This document shows positions 12,101-26,013 of a stretch of DNA of 64,000 nt, one piece after another. Each line of letters begins with the position of its first letter. Position 1 is the stretch's first letter. The position numbers and the translations under genes are program-made. The DNA comes from Chrysomallon squamiferum (Eukaryota > Animalia > Mollusca). The DNA lies in contig CM022671.1 of the NCBI GenBank assembly GCA_012295275.1, positions 28,024,001 to 28,088,000 of the forward strand, given 5' to 3'. The notes under the pieces are model-generated. The model ran no database searches and was not told the DNA's origin. It saw only the letters and a program-made list of their open reading frames with translations.

Positions 12101-14285
12101 AATGCATGCATATATACTCCTTTTAGAATAGATTTTATGTATTCCAGTTTTAAATTTTAAATTTCAGATTTTGTTGATCGACAAGACAGTTCTCTTGCAT
12201 TTGCCTTGTTCAGTGCTACCAACCACCAGAGCTTCCCACTGTCAGTAGTACAGGTCTCTCCTGCTGGCCTGCCCCTCGAGTTCCTGCTCTGTTTCCATGG
12301 TTTGAATTTTTATATAGATCAACAGTTTATTTATATATTCAGATTGAAGGTTTTTAATTTTTTAATTTTAATTTTTTTTTTTAAATTTGAATATTAATAA
12401 TAATTTAGATGAAGACTAAAAAAAACCTAGATTAAAAAGTGAGAGCAATAAAAAGATGATGATGCTGTTAGAAAAAAAAAAGAAATAAGTAAAAATAATA
12501 CAACATATGACTTGTAATAAATTTTGTCTATGTTTTGCAGAGTTTGGAGTGTTTGTGGATGACAGAGGTCACAGGTCAAGACCTCTTGATGTCAAGTGGA
12601 GTGGTCTTCCTTTGGCATTTGGTATGTTTTTAGTGTCATCATCATCATCATCATTATTATTATCATTATTTTTATTATTTCTATTTTCTGTGGTTCATTT
12701 TTCATTAAAAGATTTTAACAGCAGAAGCAAAACACTTATTATATTGCGTACACAATAACATATTGAAATAGAAAGAAAAACAAATCCTGTGGTTGTTGTA
12801 ATATTTTGTGTAGATTTATTTAAATATATTTTAGTCAGTGATTTTACAATATTGGGGTCCTTTTTTAAAAGAAATAATCTTTTGTTTCTATCTATCTGAA
12901 CTGAAGAGCATCATCTTTCTGCTAATTTTTAATTTAAAAAAATGTTAATATTTAATTTTATTATTCAGCTTACCGAGAGCCATTTCTGTACATTACGTAT
13001 TTCAACAGCGTACAGGCTACAGTGATACCAGCTGACAAAGCAGAAGTCAAGTACGTCACGTGACATGTTTTTACTTTTCAATCATTTTACAAATTAACAC
13101 ACATATATGGATAAGAAATTTCAGAAAGTTAACATTAATATTTTTCAGTAATGGAATTGTGATTAGATGACTACTAATATTTGAAGAATAATAAATTACA
13201 AATAAATTTGAAATATCCTTACAACTCTACATACTTCAATGGTTTTATATGTTTTGTAAATTTCTTAGCCACTTAGGAAACATAGCTTTGCACTGTATTT
13301 GTTTTAGCCAAATACATTTAACAAATATATTAATAAACAAACAAATCATATTTATCACACATGAATCCAGAATTTTTTTTAATTATTATTTAACCTGTTT
13401 ACTCTTGATTTTACTCTATAAAATAAGTTATTCTTCAGATATATCATTATTTATTGTCAGACTTTAAAGAAATTTTACAGTTTCATTCACTCCATGTTTT
13501 TTCTCTTAAAATATTTTTGTAGAGGACAACAGACAGTTATTTCACCAAGTTTCACTGTGGTTTTTGTATTGTAATATATTTACAGAGGCAGACAGACAGT
13601 TATTGATGTACACAGTCCTCGGTACATGGGTGTAGCGATGGTTCCAGGAGCAGTGTATGTGACAGCCTGTATGAGAGACTCTGTTGACATGCTGTGTATT
13701 CGGGGACAGGAAGACTACAGTCAGGTGACCAGCGACAAAGAAAACAGGCTGATTGAGAGGTATGCTGACAAAATCACACTTAATTTAAAATTATATTTTT
13801 ATTATTTTTTTTATTATTATTATGCTTTTGGAGTCAAAGTTTATATATCAGTCAGGATGGTTTCAGAAATAGAGAAATTGTTATCATGTTCTAAAATACA
13901 AATTCCAAAGCTATTTCATTTTTTTCATTTTTTATTTTTATTTTCGTTTCTTTAATTTCTATTTTAATTTAAAAAAAGAAGAAAGAAATAAAATGGAAAT
14001 TAAAAACTTTTATTTTCAGTACTAAAAATTGTGGATTACCTTTGAAATACTGCTTCTAAATACCTTGATGTAATTTTGGTAACAGTTAAATACATATATG
14101 TATGTGTGTGTGTGTGTTGTAAAGATGATCAATTCATTTTACATTCACTTAGCTTCCGAAAGGCAGACAAGCTGCAGGTGAGGTTCAGCAGTTCCGTGAA
14201 AACAGAAAAGAGACGCAAACTGTCACAGACGTCACTCAACAGCAACACCAGCGACTCAACCTCAGCCACAGAGTCAGATTTGTGA
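184..14285 (+). CDS. CIT: Citron Rho-interacting kinase (CRIK/sticky orthologue), 3' portion: coiled coil, C1, PH and CNH domains; the kinase exons lie upstream of the window
   Basis: Phase-consistent exons: 184-2895 (one base missing near 1542-1547), 3308-3502, 3846-3917, 4293-4364, 4623-4739, 4979-5088, 5262-5345, 5696-5831, 6110-6214, 6432-6572, 6860-6973, 7243-7408, 7766-8056, 8781-8967, 9330-9572, 10033-10138, 10401-10475, 10607-10745, 10994-11226, 11682-11790, 12168-12299, 12541-12621, 12969-13050, 13586-13759, 14153-14285. Citron-type motifs: ESTIGQQMKLIDYLQ; RMHHNIPHRF..ATKCAVCL..CHPRC...VPASCGLP (C1); LDGWLK..WERRWVVL..TTCWPGR (PH); LLGSEDGLF, FLLCFHEFGVFVD..G.RSR, PLAFAYREPFLYITYFN (CNH). 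Confidence 0.93.
3918..4292 (+). other. Non-canonical GC-AG intron in CIT
   Basis: Exon 3846-3917 ends GAG|GCAAGA. Reading on hits TAA before any GT, and the next exon (4293, AAC TGT AAA) requires a phase-0 donor. Confidence 0.8.
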
Positions 14286-15959
14286 CACTAGTTTACATCT
14301 AAACCAGTTTCAGAATTCAAAAACTGTCACTAAAATGCAGAACGTAACAGGAATTGTAATATGATCTTTTAACTGTGTTCTGTATATCCATGATTTAATA
14401 ATGTGACCTTTGTAATGTGAGTTGTGATCAGTGGAGACTGCAACAGAAACTGATTTCAAGCCAAACTAAATAGTGCTGATGTGTTAGACATCATTTACTA
14501 GATTCTTTTAGGTCAATGCTTAGGATAATAATTTATTTTGTATTACATATCATATTCATCAGAAAACCACAGTTTAAGATCATGTTCCCCATTTCGTGTT
14601 ATCACCCATTGAAATGTAGAATAATACAATTCAGTGATACTGTTCATATCTATATATAATTAGATATTAAACTGTTTTCATATCAGAAGTAAGTAAATAT
14701 TAATTGTATTGTAAAATACTTCCTCATTATATACAATTCAATTTTAATTTAAGGTTCAGAACTGTTAGAATATCCAAAAAAAAAAAAAAAAAATCACATT
14801 CAGGGAGTGTTTTTAATTTTATGTCAGTTTTTAAAATATTTTCATAACCTACATAACAATTGTTATGAGGCATATTAACCAAAAAATAAATTCATTGTCT
14901 TTTTTTCTTCTTTTTTTATAAAATTAATGTTAAATTAGTAATTTTACAATATCAGAAAGATAATATTTCTTTTTTCTTCTTTATTTTTTTTTAATATATT
15001 TTAATAAAGAACTTGAAGACTGAAACATTCATCTTCCAGATGTTGTCAGTACATTAAACATTAGGATGGTTTTCATACAAGCATTTCAGTTGTATTTGAA
15101 AATTTGACACACAAATATCTAGCTTAGTGTTTAGTCATATTTATTATTGTATTGTCAGTTCTGTATATCATGTTTGATGTTGTTTGTAGTAATTTGGATA
15201 AAGAATATTCCAAGTGAACTTTATTTAAACAAATTTTAAGTGTGCAGTTATATGTTTTACGACATTGTGATTTTATGTTCCAGTGATGTTTGTTAACTAT
15301 ATCTTTTAAAGAAGACAGTTTGAATCACAGAACTGTCATAATACTGCTCTCAGTAAATCATATCACAGAAACTAGCTATTAAAATTTGTATCATGAGTTC
15401 ATTTAACATTTTGTACAGTTGGTGTTTTTAAAAAAAAAAAAAAAAACTTCATTTCAATATCATGTTCATTTTACTGTTCATCTGAAAATTTCAAGTTAAT
15501 TAACATTTGAGATATATGCTTTATGAATGTTAACTGAGTTTTATTTTATTAATATTATTTTTAAAATTTGTTTGGTAAATTTACTTTCAGAATAGTAGGT
15601 AAAAACTGTCAATTTCCAGTTCACAATTGTTGGATCATTTTAGAAATGCAAAATTATTACCATCATAATTGAAGTATATATATATATTTTTTTATAATTG
15701 CTTAAATTCATATTAATCTGTGGCAAACTCACCTTGAACATGTAACATAATTCATGAGCTTCTCCTTTGTTGAGGGTTTTAAATACATTTACTGGCCTCT
15801 ATAACATAAATTATAAATATTTCCACTATTTTGTCATGCTGTTATTAAAATACCAAGAATGTTGTATTACATCAAGTATAATACTCCTACCAGTTTAATT
15901 CGTAAAGGTCAAGAAAAAAACTCATCAGTTTGATGTACCTGTTACTTACACAGAAATTG

Positions 15960-15965
15960 AATAAA
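15960..15965 (+). promoter_or_regulatory. Candidate CIT polyadenylation signal AATAAA
   Basis: AATAAA followed by a T/GT-rich stretch, about 1.7 kb after the stop and just before the convergent gene's 3' region. The motif is common in this AT-rich DNA. Confidence 0.35.
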
Positions 15966-17181
15966 ATGCTTCTTAATTCGTGAAAAGTTTTGGTTTTTTA
16001 TTGTAATTTATTTCTACTGCTAAGTTTTCCTAATTTCTTTTATTACAAATGTCTATTTTTTTAATTAAAATGCCATTTGTTTTTAAAATAATAACACACA
16101 TATATATATACAGAAACAAATAATGAAAATCTGATAATGTAACATTACATGATTTTAGTTTTTCTTATACTGATTATATTAAGATCACACTTTCAATCCC
16201 AGACATAAAAAAGAATAGAAACTGAAGAAAAATCACAAACTGAAAATGGATTATATATTTTATTAATACAAAATTATTAAATATCAAATCAAATAATCAT
16301 TTTGTGATAAAAGTTTATGAAAAGCTGAATGAATCTTGCTTTTACAAAAATACAAAAAATACAAAAAAAAATACATGGAATACTTTCATAAAGGGAAAGC
16401 TAGAATTTACTTTTCACTCATTATTGGTGTATGTTTCAACATTTTTTTTTTTTTTTTTCTTTGAATTTACAATAAATATACATCTGGAAGACTGTAATAA
16501 TTTATCTTTTGATAACAAATATCAACATTTAGTTTTTAAATATCCAATCCAAAAATACATATCAAAATGTACATCATGCATATTTCCAAATGACTGATCC
16601 GCCAATCAGTGCTAACAGGTAAAACAACAGGTTTATCAGGATATATGGAAGATGACATTTTCCCTGTTATGTTCTTTTACTGGATAAAAAGTTAATGAAA
16701 CAAACAATCAAGCTGCCTGATAATGTAACACTTTTCAGTGAGTTTCTTAATCAATCCATTTTATATGTAATCAAAAGTATGTTAAGTATTCATGGGTAAA
16801 AACAACTTCAAAATTTTTACAATACTGATGTCAAAAATGTACTATAAACAGTATTAATGGAATGTCTCTGCTCTTTATTTTTACCAATATTTTTGTAACA
16901 ACTTAATTTTCACCAACATTTACAAAACATGTCTCGATTTTCTAATTCTACTGACATTTTCAACTGTGATTCAATTCTGACATTTTCAACTATCTGTATT
17001 TTTACTAACATCTTCAATACTAAACTTAGTTCTCTATTTTTACACAATATTCTTAATACAACTTACAACTAAAGTAGCTTCATACTGTCTCTTTAGTTTT
17101 CAATTCTGTATTTCTTTGACACACACACAAAACTAAAAATCCATATTCTCGCTCTGTCAGGTACAAATGATGTAAATAATG

Positions 17182-19027
17182 CTATAATTCTACTGCATCT
17201 ATGCAGTCTCCATCTTCCATATCCAGACTTGCTGGGCATGCTGACGGAGAAATATCTTCACCATCAAACATAAATTTCAGATTTCGCAGTTCAATTTTTT
17301 TCATCACAGCAAACCGAGCCATCAGTGTACAAAGTGGATCGTTCTGGAAATAAAACGTAAATTTCTTTTTTTTGAAATCAATGAACAAATTAAATTCCTG
17401 TCGTAATAATTTAGGTGTGTTAATAAGATAAATAACATTTCATCATCTTTTGCGTTATCTTCTACTTTCAAGTCAAATGTTGGATAATTCATTTATTAAT
17501 TTGTAATTTGCAAACCCAGCACTATCTGGTTTGTTGTAATACCTTATTAGAGTCACTGCGACTTTCTATTTCAAACTTTTTAATATATATAAATAATGCT
17601 ACATGCAATAATTTGCAATAGTATGTAGTGTGTAGTGTGTGAACATTAGTTGTATTATCTTGTTAGTGGTCATCCAGTAACTTCTGATTTTTAAATTCTT
17701 AACAAACTAAATTAAGTCAGGATTTAATAATCTGCTTTGCAGTTAGTGCACAAAAATCAAGCCCTAAATCACCTTATTAGTGGTCATTATAAATTTATAT
17801 TTTTGACTTCCTAATACATAAAAATAAATTTATTATTACAAATTTGCTTTGCAGATAGCTAAATATGTAGCATGCAAAGAACAAAGTATATGGTATGTTG
17901 TAATGCATTATTACAGTGTAACTTCAGATTTTTTACTTCTTAAGAAAATTAAATAAATTTATTATTTAATCATTTGACTGACAGTCACCTTCATTGGTAA
18001 GGTAGAAAGATCAATTAGTATGATTTGTTTTAATACCTTTTTAGTAGACAATGTCACTTTAGATTTTGAACTTTGACACTGAACACAAAGAGAAATTGCA
18101 TCTGGATCTAAACTGTCTGTACTACAAGTCCCCTCTTCTGTTATTTCTGATGTGTAAATAAAACATTCTGAAAACAAATTTAGAAATAATAATAAATAAT
18201 AAATTCTGAACTGATCAACATTTAACAATTTTATTTCTTATTAAATATTTACTAAGAAATGGAATCCATTATGTTTCATATAAAAATAAACACACATTTA
18301 AATCAAAACAAATTACACAGCAAAAACCTAAGGATCTGAACAAATGGGCAGAATTACCTAATTAATTTCAGACATTTTCTCACTGAAGTTTATTTTTAAT
18401 ATGGTGTACTTTAATTTATGTTATCACACTATTTCATTATATACTAACAGGTATTTCAAAATATAATGGTTAAATAACATAAACTTTATTTGATAAAAGT
18501 AAATAGTCTATCAATTTAATTACCTCATTCAACTCAAACAATCTGATCTCCCAGACAGCATTAACAATTTTAAAAACCATTATAATTTTTACTACTTACT
18601 TAAGCAAAAAAATATAATCAACAAAAAATATGATGTGCTAACTAATAATCATGTACAAATGAACTCACCAAAAATATCAGCGACATGGACATTTAAACTT
18701 GTCGGGGTATCAGAACCTGACACGGTTTTGTCGTTCAGAAGCAAAACCACTTGATTTTCAGGCACATGCAGAATACCAGAAAGTTCAGCCATCACAGAGC
18801 AGAATGGGTCCAACTGTAAAAAAAAAATAAAAAATCTCACATTTAACAAAACACACTATTATTAGAAATAATTATTAAAAACAGAATTTTTATGAATTTA
18901 TATGCCAATCACTTATGCATAAATACTAATATAAGAATAAAAATAATAATGACAATAATAACAATAAGAACAAAAATAAATATTGCTATAATGATAACAA
19001 TGGAAACAACAATAGTATTAGTAGTAG

Positions 19028-19061
<34 letters not shown>

Positions 19062-21893
19062 AGCAACAAAAAAAATTAAAAAGATAGTTATTTGTTTATT
19101 TATCGTTGTAATTCCTTTTATTCCCAGTAGCTGATGTCTTACTAAAACAAAGTACAAACCTCATCATGAATGTGAGACAGATGAACAAAAAGACATTTTG
19201 TTTATTATCACTATTGTTTTATTACTTTTATGGATACATTTGATTTGGATTTTCATACTGCAAATAAGAGACTGAACAAAATAAATAAAAAGAACAACAA
19301 CAAAATATTATCCATTTTGATACTGTTAATCAATAAATGTAGATAAAAACAGAGAAATAAAATCTAAACAAATTTACCTTTTTCATATGAAATCTGTGTA
19401 TCTTGTCTTTATACCGCACCATTATTACTGCGTTCTGTTTCTCTTGCAGTGGGCTTTGTTCCAACACCACTACGTCATCATCATCATCATCAATTGTTGA
19501 TGCTCGTAAAATAGTTCTTACATCGTCAAGTTTCCTATTAACATTACAATAGCAACTCTCACATTTTATAGAAACCAAAAGCATTTTTGAAAGAATTATT
19601 AAATTTACTAAACATAAATATAAAGTTATGCACATATCTGGAAATCATTAGGTTAAATAATTCACCAGTCACCCTATCTTTCCTTTCTTGAACAGAACTC
19701 TAGAACTAAAAATTAATCAAGACCTCAATCTGAACCTTAATTAGATTCTTTTTATTTTTTCAGTTCTTAAATTTAATTTAACCATTTAACCTTTTTAAAA
19801 TATTTAATGATATAATTATATTCTCATGAAGTAATACATTTTAATAGTTTTTCATTTTGGTACTTTATTTTTCAATATTCTAATTAAACTGCTTTTTTTA
19901 TTATGCAAACATAAAATAAATTTCAGCTAGTATTTTCTACATGATCTCTAATACTAGTAAAACTAATACCAAATCCCAAAAATATTTATCTTATAAAGAT
20001 TAGAGAAACTTTCTCTTTGACAAAAATTCATTTACTAATATCACTGATAAATGACACATGCAAAAAATAAAAATAAAAAAAATAAAAATTATATTATAAA
20101 GATTAAAAAACACTTTTCTTTGAAGTAAACATACTTGGTGGTAGTTTATATCATTGATTATGAATATTATTATAAACATTTTTATATTACAAAAATTAAA
20201 AAGTACTTTTCTTTAAAGTACACATACTGGAAAGCTGTTTTCATTCGTTTTGTTCTTCTTTTTTCTGTAACAGCTTTTGGAGGAGGTGGGGAGGTGAATC
20301 TGAAGTTATGGAATTTGAATCTGAACTGCAGTAATATAAAAATGAGAAATACAGTTTTAAATCTTTTCTTAGAATATCCAAGGAAATAATATAATTTTAA
20401 TTTTTAAATTTCAGATTATAAATTATGTTTACCTGTATCATGATACAAAATTATAATATGATTCCAAATAAGATAAACCAAATTAGAATAACAAAAGTGA
20501 ATTTATAATTCTTGTTTTTTTCACATTAACTTTTTTTTTTTTTTTTTTTTTTTCAAAACACATTATAGTTCTGTGTATCAATGAATATTCAGAAAATATG
20601 TAAAATATATAAATACAAATATTCTACTTATTAATTACTCTCTGTAACTTACTACCAGATATATTTAATTTTTCAAAACATTACATAAGTTAACTTTTAA
20701 TATAATGTACACATAAAATAAAACAGAAAAACGTCTATGTTAAATAGGCTGTCTGAATAAAATATTGTACTAGCAACAAGAAAATTACAAAAATATTTTA
20801 CGTTTCTTGGATGTCCTTTTCAATACTTTCATCTGTTGAATTGGAATTACTGCAAACAGCTTCTGAAAGCAAAATAATGATTTTAATTTTTTTTTTTTTT
20901 TTTAGAAGCATATCAAAGCTGATTTCATAATTTGTTACCTCCAACAATTATATCTGATTACTTCATACAGTATCTTTTCTCATGTTCAATATAAAAAAAA
21001 CCATATAGATTATTTTGAAAATGTATGGTAAGAAATAAACTGCTCTCTTTGAACTATGTTACATAGAAAGAAATCTTAATATCTAACTGTACCAATGCAC
21101 TATAATAGTATAATTTATGCAAACAAATCACAGATACCAGCTGAACATGGTTAACAACAGATTCCATTCTTAAAGCTGTGTGGAAGTCAGAACACACTCT
21201 GTAACAAACTAATGTAAACACAATGTTTCCATAATTACTAGCAGTTTTCGATACATACAGTACCATATTACCTTATTATTATTTAAATGGCCACTAGATT
21301 CACTTTATCGGATGTTCCTTACTCCTATATTGATACAACACCATCTCACACTGAGAAAAACAACTTGGCTTCCTGTTCACAGTTTCAAATATCTTAGCTC
21401 AAATCTTCAAATTAATAGCAATATAAATAGCAGGTTTACATCTATGGGATGTTCATGAATCAAACTGCATAACGCAAAGAGCTCTGTAATGATTTTCTTT
21501 ACTGTTTTTTTTTAAGACAAATTTTTTTTTTTTTTATAGTTTTGTTGTTGCTGTTGGCACAATTACTCACATTAAAACTTCTGAAATTCTCAGTTCAGAA
21601 AAAAAACCACTGATATCTTTTAGCAGGTACTTACTTTCTGATTGTGTATGTTTGTCTGGACTGCTTTCTGTTTCATCCTGATTTATCTGAATGGTTATTT
21701 TTCCTGCCCTGCAGTCCTGTAAACACTTCAACACACGTGTTGTGTAGAGGGAACCTTCTGGAACAGGTTCTGACACAGTATTATTATTATTAACAGAAAT
21801 GTTCCTAGAAAGACCTCTTCTGACCGTTCTTGATCGTGATTTTTTTAAAACTGGGAACTCATCATCTGAACTCGAATCACTACCGATTACATT
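17182..21893 (-). CDS. NFATC2IP: NFATC2-interacting protein / NIP45 (RENi family: Rad60-Esc2-NIP45), two C-terminal SUMO-like domains
   Basis: Exons (minus): 21893-21635, 20862-20802, 20299(or 20320)-20228, 19534-19378, 18813-18669, 18167-18037, 17343-17182. Features: acidic/Ser-rich N-terminus, SPPPPK motif, DDDVVVL (SIM-like), SLD1 (..RFHMKKLDPF..LLLNDKTV..SDTPTSLNVHVADIFEC) and SLD2 (DPLCTLM..LKFMFDGEDIS..PASLDMEDGDCIDAVEL*). The initiator exon is probably upstream (candidate 23119-23114). Confidence 0.85.
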
Positions 21894-23073
21894 CTGCAAT
21901 GTACAATGAATACTATCTGTACCATTTGGGAAGGATTAAATTTCAAAATGTATGTTAAATTTAAAAAAATAAATAGAGTGATAACAATTAATTTTAGCTT
22001 TATCAAATAAAATGTACTTGTTTGATTATTTTAGTTTAATGTGGATACGTATGGAAGCAAAGTAGCCAATAAAAATATATTTTATGTTCTAAAATGTAAA
22101 CAAAAAACTTGAAAATTGTTTGGTAATATTAAAAAAATAAGCAAAAATAAAAAAAAGTATTTATATATAACAGGATTATGATTCATTTTATGAATATTTT
22201 TTTTATAATAATATATAATTCAAACATTAGTTATTAGTATTTTATTCCAAAGGAATTTTGAAAAATATGAACTAAATAATTACTTCATAACCTTTCTCAA
22301 AGTCATAGTCCTGTAAAGTTTTCATAATCTTATCAATATTGAAAAATACTGTGACAAAATAAAGAAAAAATGCTCTAACTTTCAGTTACGGAAATTATTT
22401 ACTATTAGTTTGGTAAATTTAAAGTAGTTAAGAAGGTAATATAATTATATATATCATTATACTCGTGATTACGGTAATATTAAATATATGCCTGTACAGT
22501 GGTAACTCACTAACTCGATAACCGTATATATTAACAATTCTCTTAACACCTAGATAATGTGAATAAAATATTTTCCCCTTATTATGTATGTATTTAATAA
22601 CATTAGTACATATATTATTACTAGATCACTTGTAAAAATGATATAAAGTATACCATATCAAGACGTTTTAGGGGAAAACTGTCACTCATATTGGGGAATT
22701 TTCTACGCGGGGTTTGCACGGAGTATTCTAAATGTTACACTTAAGATATGACTGCACAGCCAGTCGTTTGCGAACCGAAAGTTGCATCAAATTATAAGAA
22801 AGTATCGATTTTTTTTGTGCAGTGTAAAGTGAGCGAAACAAAACATTCTTTTGTTAGCTAGAAATTAATAAACAGACAACGAAATTTAGCACTAACATTA
22901 CTATGCAATCTAAACGATACTGGAATCTGGAGGAACTGAATACGACTCCCAAAATATCTTATCATTGTCACTGTGTAATCGGTTAATAACCATCTGTGCA
23001 AATAATTTCATATATAGCAAAACAAAAAAATTACTTCTTATTATTTATCACAAGTGGATTGTAATCAGTTTTA

Positions 23074-23074
<1 letters not shown>

Positions 23075-23113
<39 letters not shown>
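23075..23113. repeat. (CA)n microsatellite
   Basis: Uninterrupted CA dinucleotide run. Confidence 0.95.
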
Positions 23114-23115
<2 letters not shown>

Positions 23116-23119
23116 TCAT
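23114..23119 (-). CDS. NFATC2IP: Candidate 2-codon initiator exon (ATG AAG) of NFATC2IP
   Basis: The minus strand reads CAC ATG AAG|GTGTGTGT. Its phase 0 matches the acceptor at 21893, and it lies next to a CpG-containing promoter-like stretch (about 23160-23250). Confidence 0.4.
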
Positions 23120-23274
23120 GTGAATGAACTTAATTCATGATGTATATCTATATGCTTTTTGTTTTGACCGATTCGATAGAAACGTGAATAGTTATCTTAT
23201 TATTCTCGTATCTGGTCAGCTCTACGACAAATGCGGCGGTCTCTAAATTAATGTTTGTATGATTTCAATTTCAA

Positions 23275-23314
<40 letters not shown>

Positions 23315-26013
23315 TTTAAAAAGAAGAAAAATATGATATCAATTTCATGTATTTGTGGATGCTTTGTTTATTAATGATTATATTATCAATGTATACAGTG
23401 GAATTTCTTACTCAATGATTAGCGATATAAATTTGTGTATTTTAAAACACAGAATTTTTTTTTTAAATTTAATTTATTTATTTATTATTATTTAGTTTTT
23501 TTATCTTCTTTTTCACTATTGGTTAAAAATGTTTGATTTCATGCCAATATTAAAGTATATTAGAAAAAAGCGAATAATGTAAAACATATACACTTAAAAT
23601 GGTTTTGGAACAAAACAACTTCTTAATGGCTTCATTTCTACAGGAAGTGTCATGTGCTTTCTCCCCCCCCCCAATGCCAATAATGTTTGATATGCATTGG
23701 AATGTAGAAATTCATTAACATTTGATGGGGAAACTCAAATTTAAAAAGTGACTCTGTGATGCATTTATTTTATGAATTATATCCACTTTAGAACTGATTC
23801 TGAAAATCTATAACTAATACTTGTTATTCATAAAAAAATGGCTTGTTTTTATTACTTCTTTTTTGTAAACAATAAAGTAAGGTAATAAATCTGAGAATAA
23901 TTGAATACAATTATACTCTCAATGTAATGGAATAGAACGAGTATAAAAGTTGTTTAAACTATACAGGCACTGATTTTTTTTTTCTGGATTTGTCATTCAA
24001 ACCACACTCAAACCAGACCAATTGCACTGAATTTTTTTTTTTTTTTTTAATGTCTGAAAAAAATACTATCAGTTTTAAATAAATGTTGTTTCTATTTATT
24101 ATTTTATTTTTCAACAGTTTAGTTTTAATGCCATTTTTTCTCTTTAATTATATGTTGTCCAAAATGAGAAATTAATAACATGAGTATCAATAATCTTTTT
24201 CTTTTCTTTTTTTTCTTCTAGTAATTCATTTGTATTGTCACAGATACACTTTAATGTAGTGTTTAGCCTTTAGGGAAAAGAAAATGAGTATGAATGTAAA
24301 GTGAAATTCAAATTTAATAACTGAAATTTGAAACAATTTTGAGAAAAAGTAAAGTGGGGGAAAAATTTAAATAAATAAATAAATAAATAAACAGGTAATT
24401 TAATCACTATTTAAATGAAGACTATTTACTTTCATAACATAAATATGTTTCAGAGATCAGGCATTAAATCATGTTTTCTAAAGGATAAACAAATGGTACA
24501 AAATCAATATTTTAACTTTTACCGGTCCACAGAGAATAAAACTCAAACCAAAATAAATAAAACAAAAACAAAAAAATAAAATAAAATAAAATAAAATAAA
24601 ATATAATAAAATAAAATAAAATAAATAAATAAATAAATAATTTTTTTTTTTTTTTTTAATTTTTTTAAAATTATTATTTTAAATTCTGTAAGATTAGTTT
24701 TTCTATCATTTAGGTCATAAATCTAAAGCATCTTTGAATGAATGAATAATTAATATATCAAGTTACAATGGTTTTAATTTCTTTTATTAAAAAACTTTGA
24801 ACAAACAAACAAATCACTAATTCCTTTCAAAATATTAAGAAAAACATTAAACATTAATTTGCAATCCTTATATCCTTATCACAATTCTGAATTGATAACA
24901 TACTGAAAATAATAGTTTATCACAATCATTTCTCCAACACCAAATAAAACAACTGGAACAAGTGAAACTAAAAACAGTATTAACAAATTGTGTAAAAACT
25001 AAATTTGTAATTCTTATTTTAAACATCAAAATAAATGAAACAGCAATGCGTTAAGTATTATATAATATTCAAGTTTTTTTCCGAAAATCAACATTAAATT
25101 TATTAAAAAATGGTATTGTCACAAGTTCTGATTAAAAACAAGGTTAAAAACAATAAATAAATTAATGAAAAAATATAACCTAGCTTTGGTCACAGGGAAA
25201 AACATAAAACCATAAACTGAAATGCAACATCTTAGATATTCTGAAAACTTCACTGAAGTCTTGTGCACTCGTCAGTCTTTGGAAATAATTTACATTTTCA
25301 AATTACATCTTTTGTTCACTGCACAAACAAAATCATATTTGTAATGCTCCTTTAAAAATATTAAATAACAATATACAGAAAACACAATTTTGCAATGTCA
25401 TCATCCGTCACACTCAGTATATTAACTGACATTCCTCATATTCACCCATAACAATATATTGATAAATTCACTTTTGCAAAGATGTTTGTACATAAAAATA
25501 ACTAATTTGGCTGTAAAAATCCAACACTGTCAATGATTATCATTATGTGCGAAATATCTTGTTTATAACACCAAAGTAACATTAGTTTATTTGTCACTTA
25601 ATGTCTTCCATTCGTACAGCAGAAATATAGATTGAGATAGTTCTGATCTGAAGACAAGCCATGCAATCAAGAGCACTGTAAGCCTAGATAATTTCTCCTC
25701 TTACAGCATAACATCAGTTATTTTTTTAATTGTAAACTGTGATTAATCTTGCACGTCGTAATAATAAAATTTAAAAATCATAAAATAAATATATATATTT
25801 TTACATATACATATATAATGATTAAAGTATTCAGCTGTGTGCTTTGAAGTTTGTGCTATTAACTTCTTTTGATACAAATTAAATGTATATTTAACACTGC
25901 CTAACTCTGATATCAGTGATTGTAACAAATAAAACAAATTGTCAGGCTAGTATAATTTTTCATTCTGTTTCCTTTATAAGCTGGACTACCTACGAAATAA
26001 TCTTTGATTATTA

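Noticed and set aside
22495-22530. TA-CAGTGG..AACTCGATAAC resembling a pogo/Tc1-type terminal repeat (similar start near 23394)
   Set aside because: No inverted partner or internal sequence found; too short to call.
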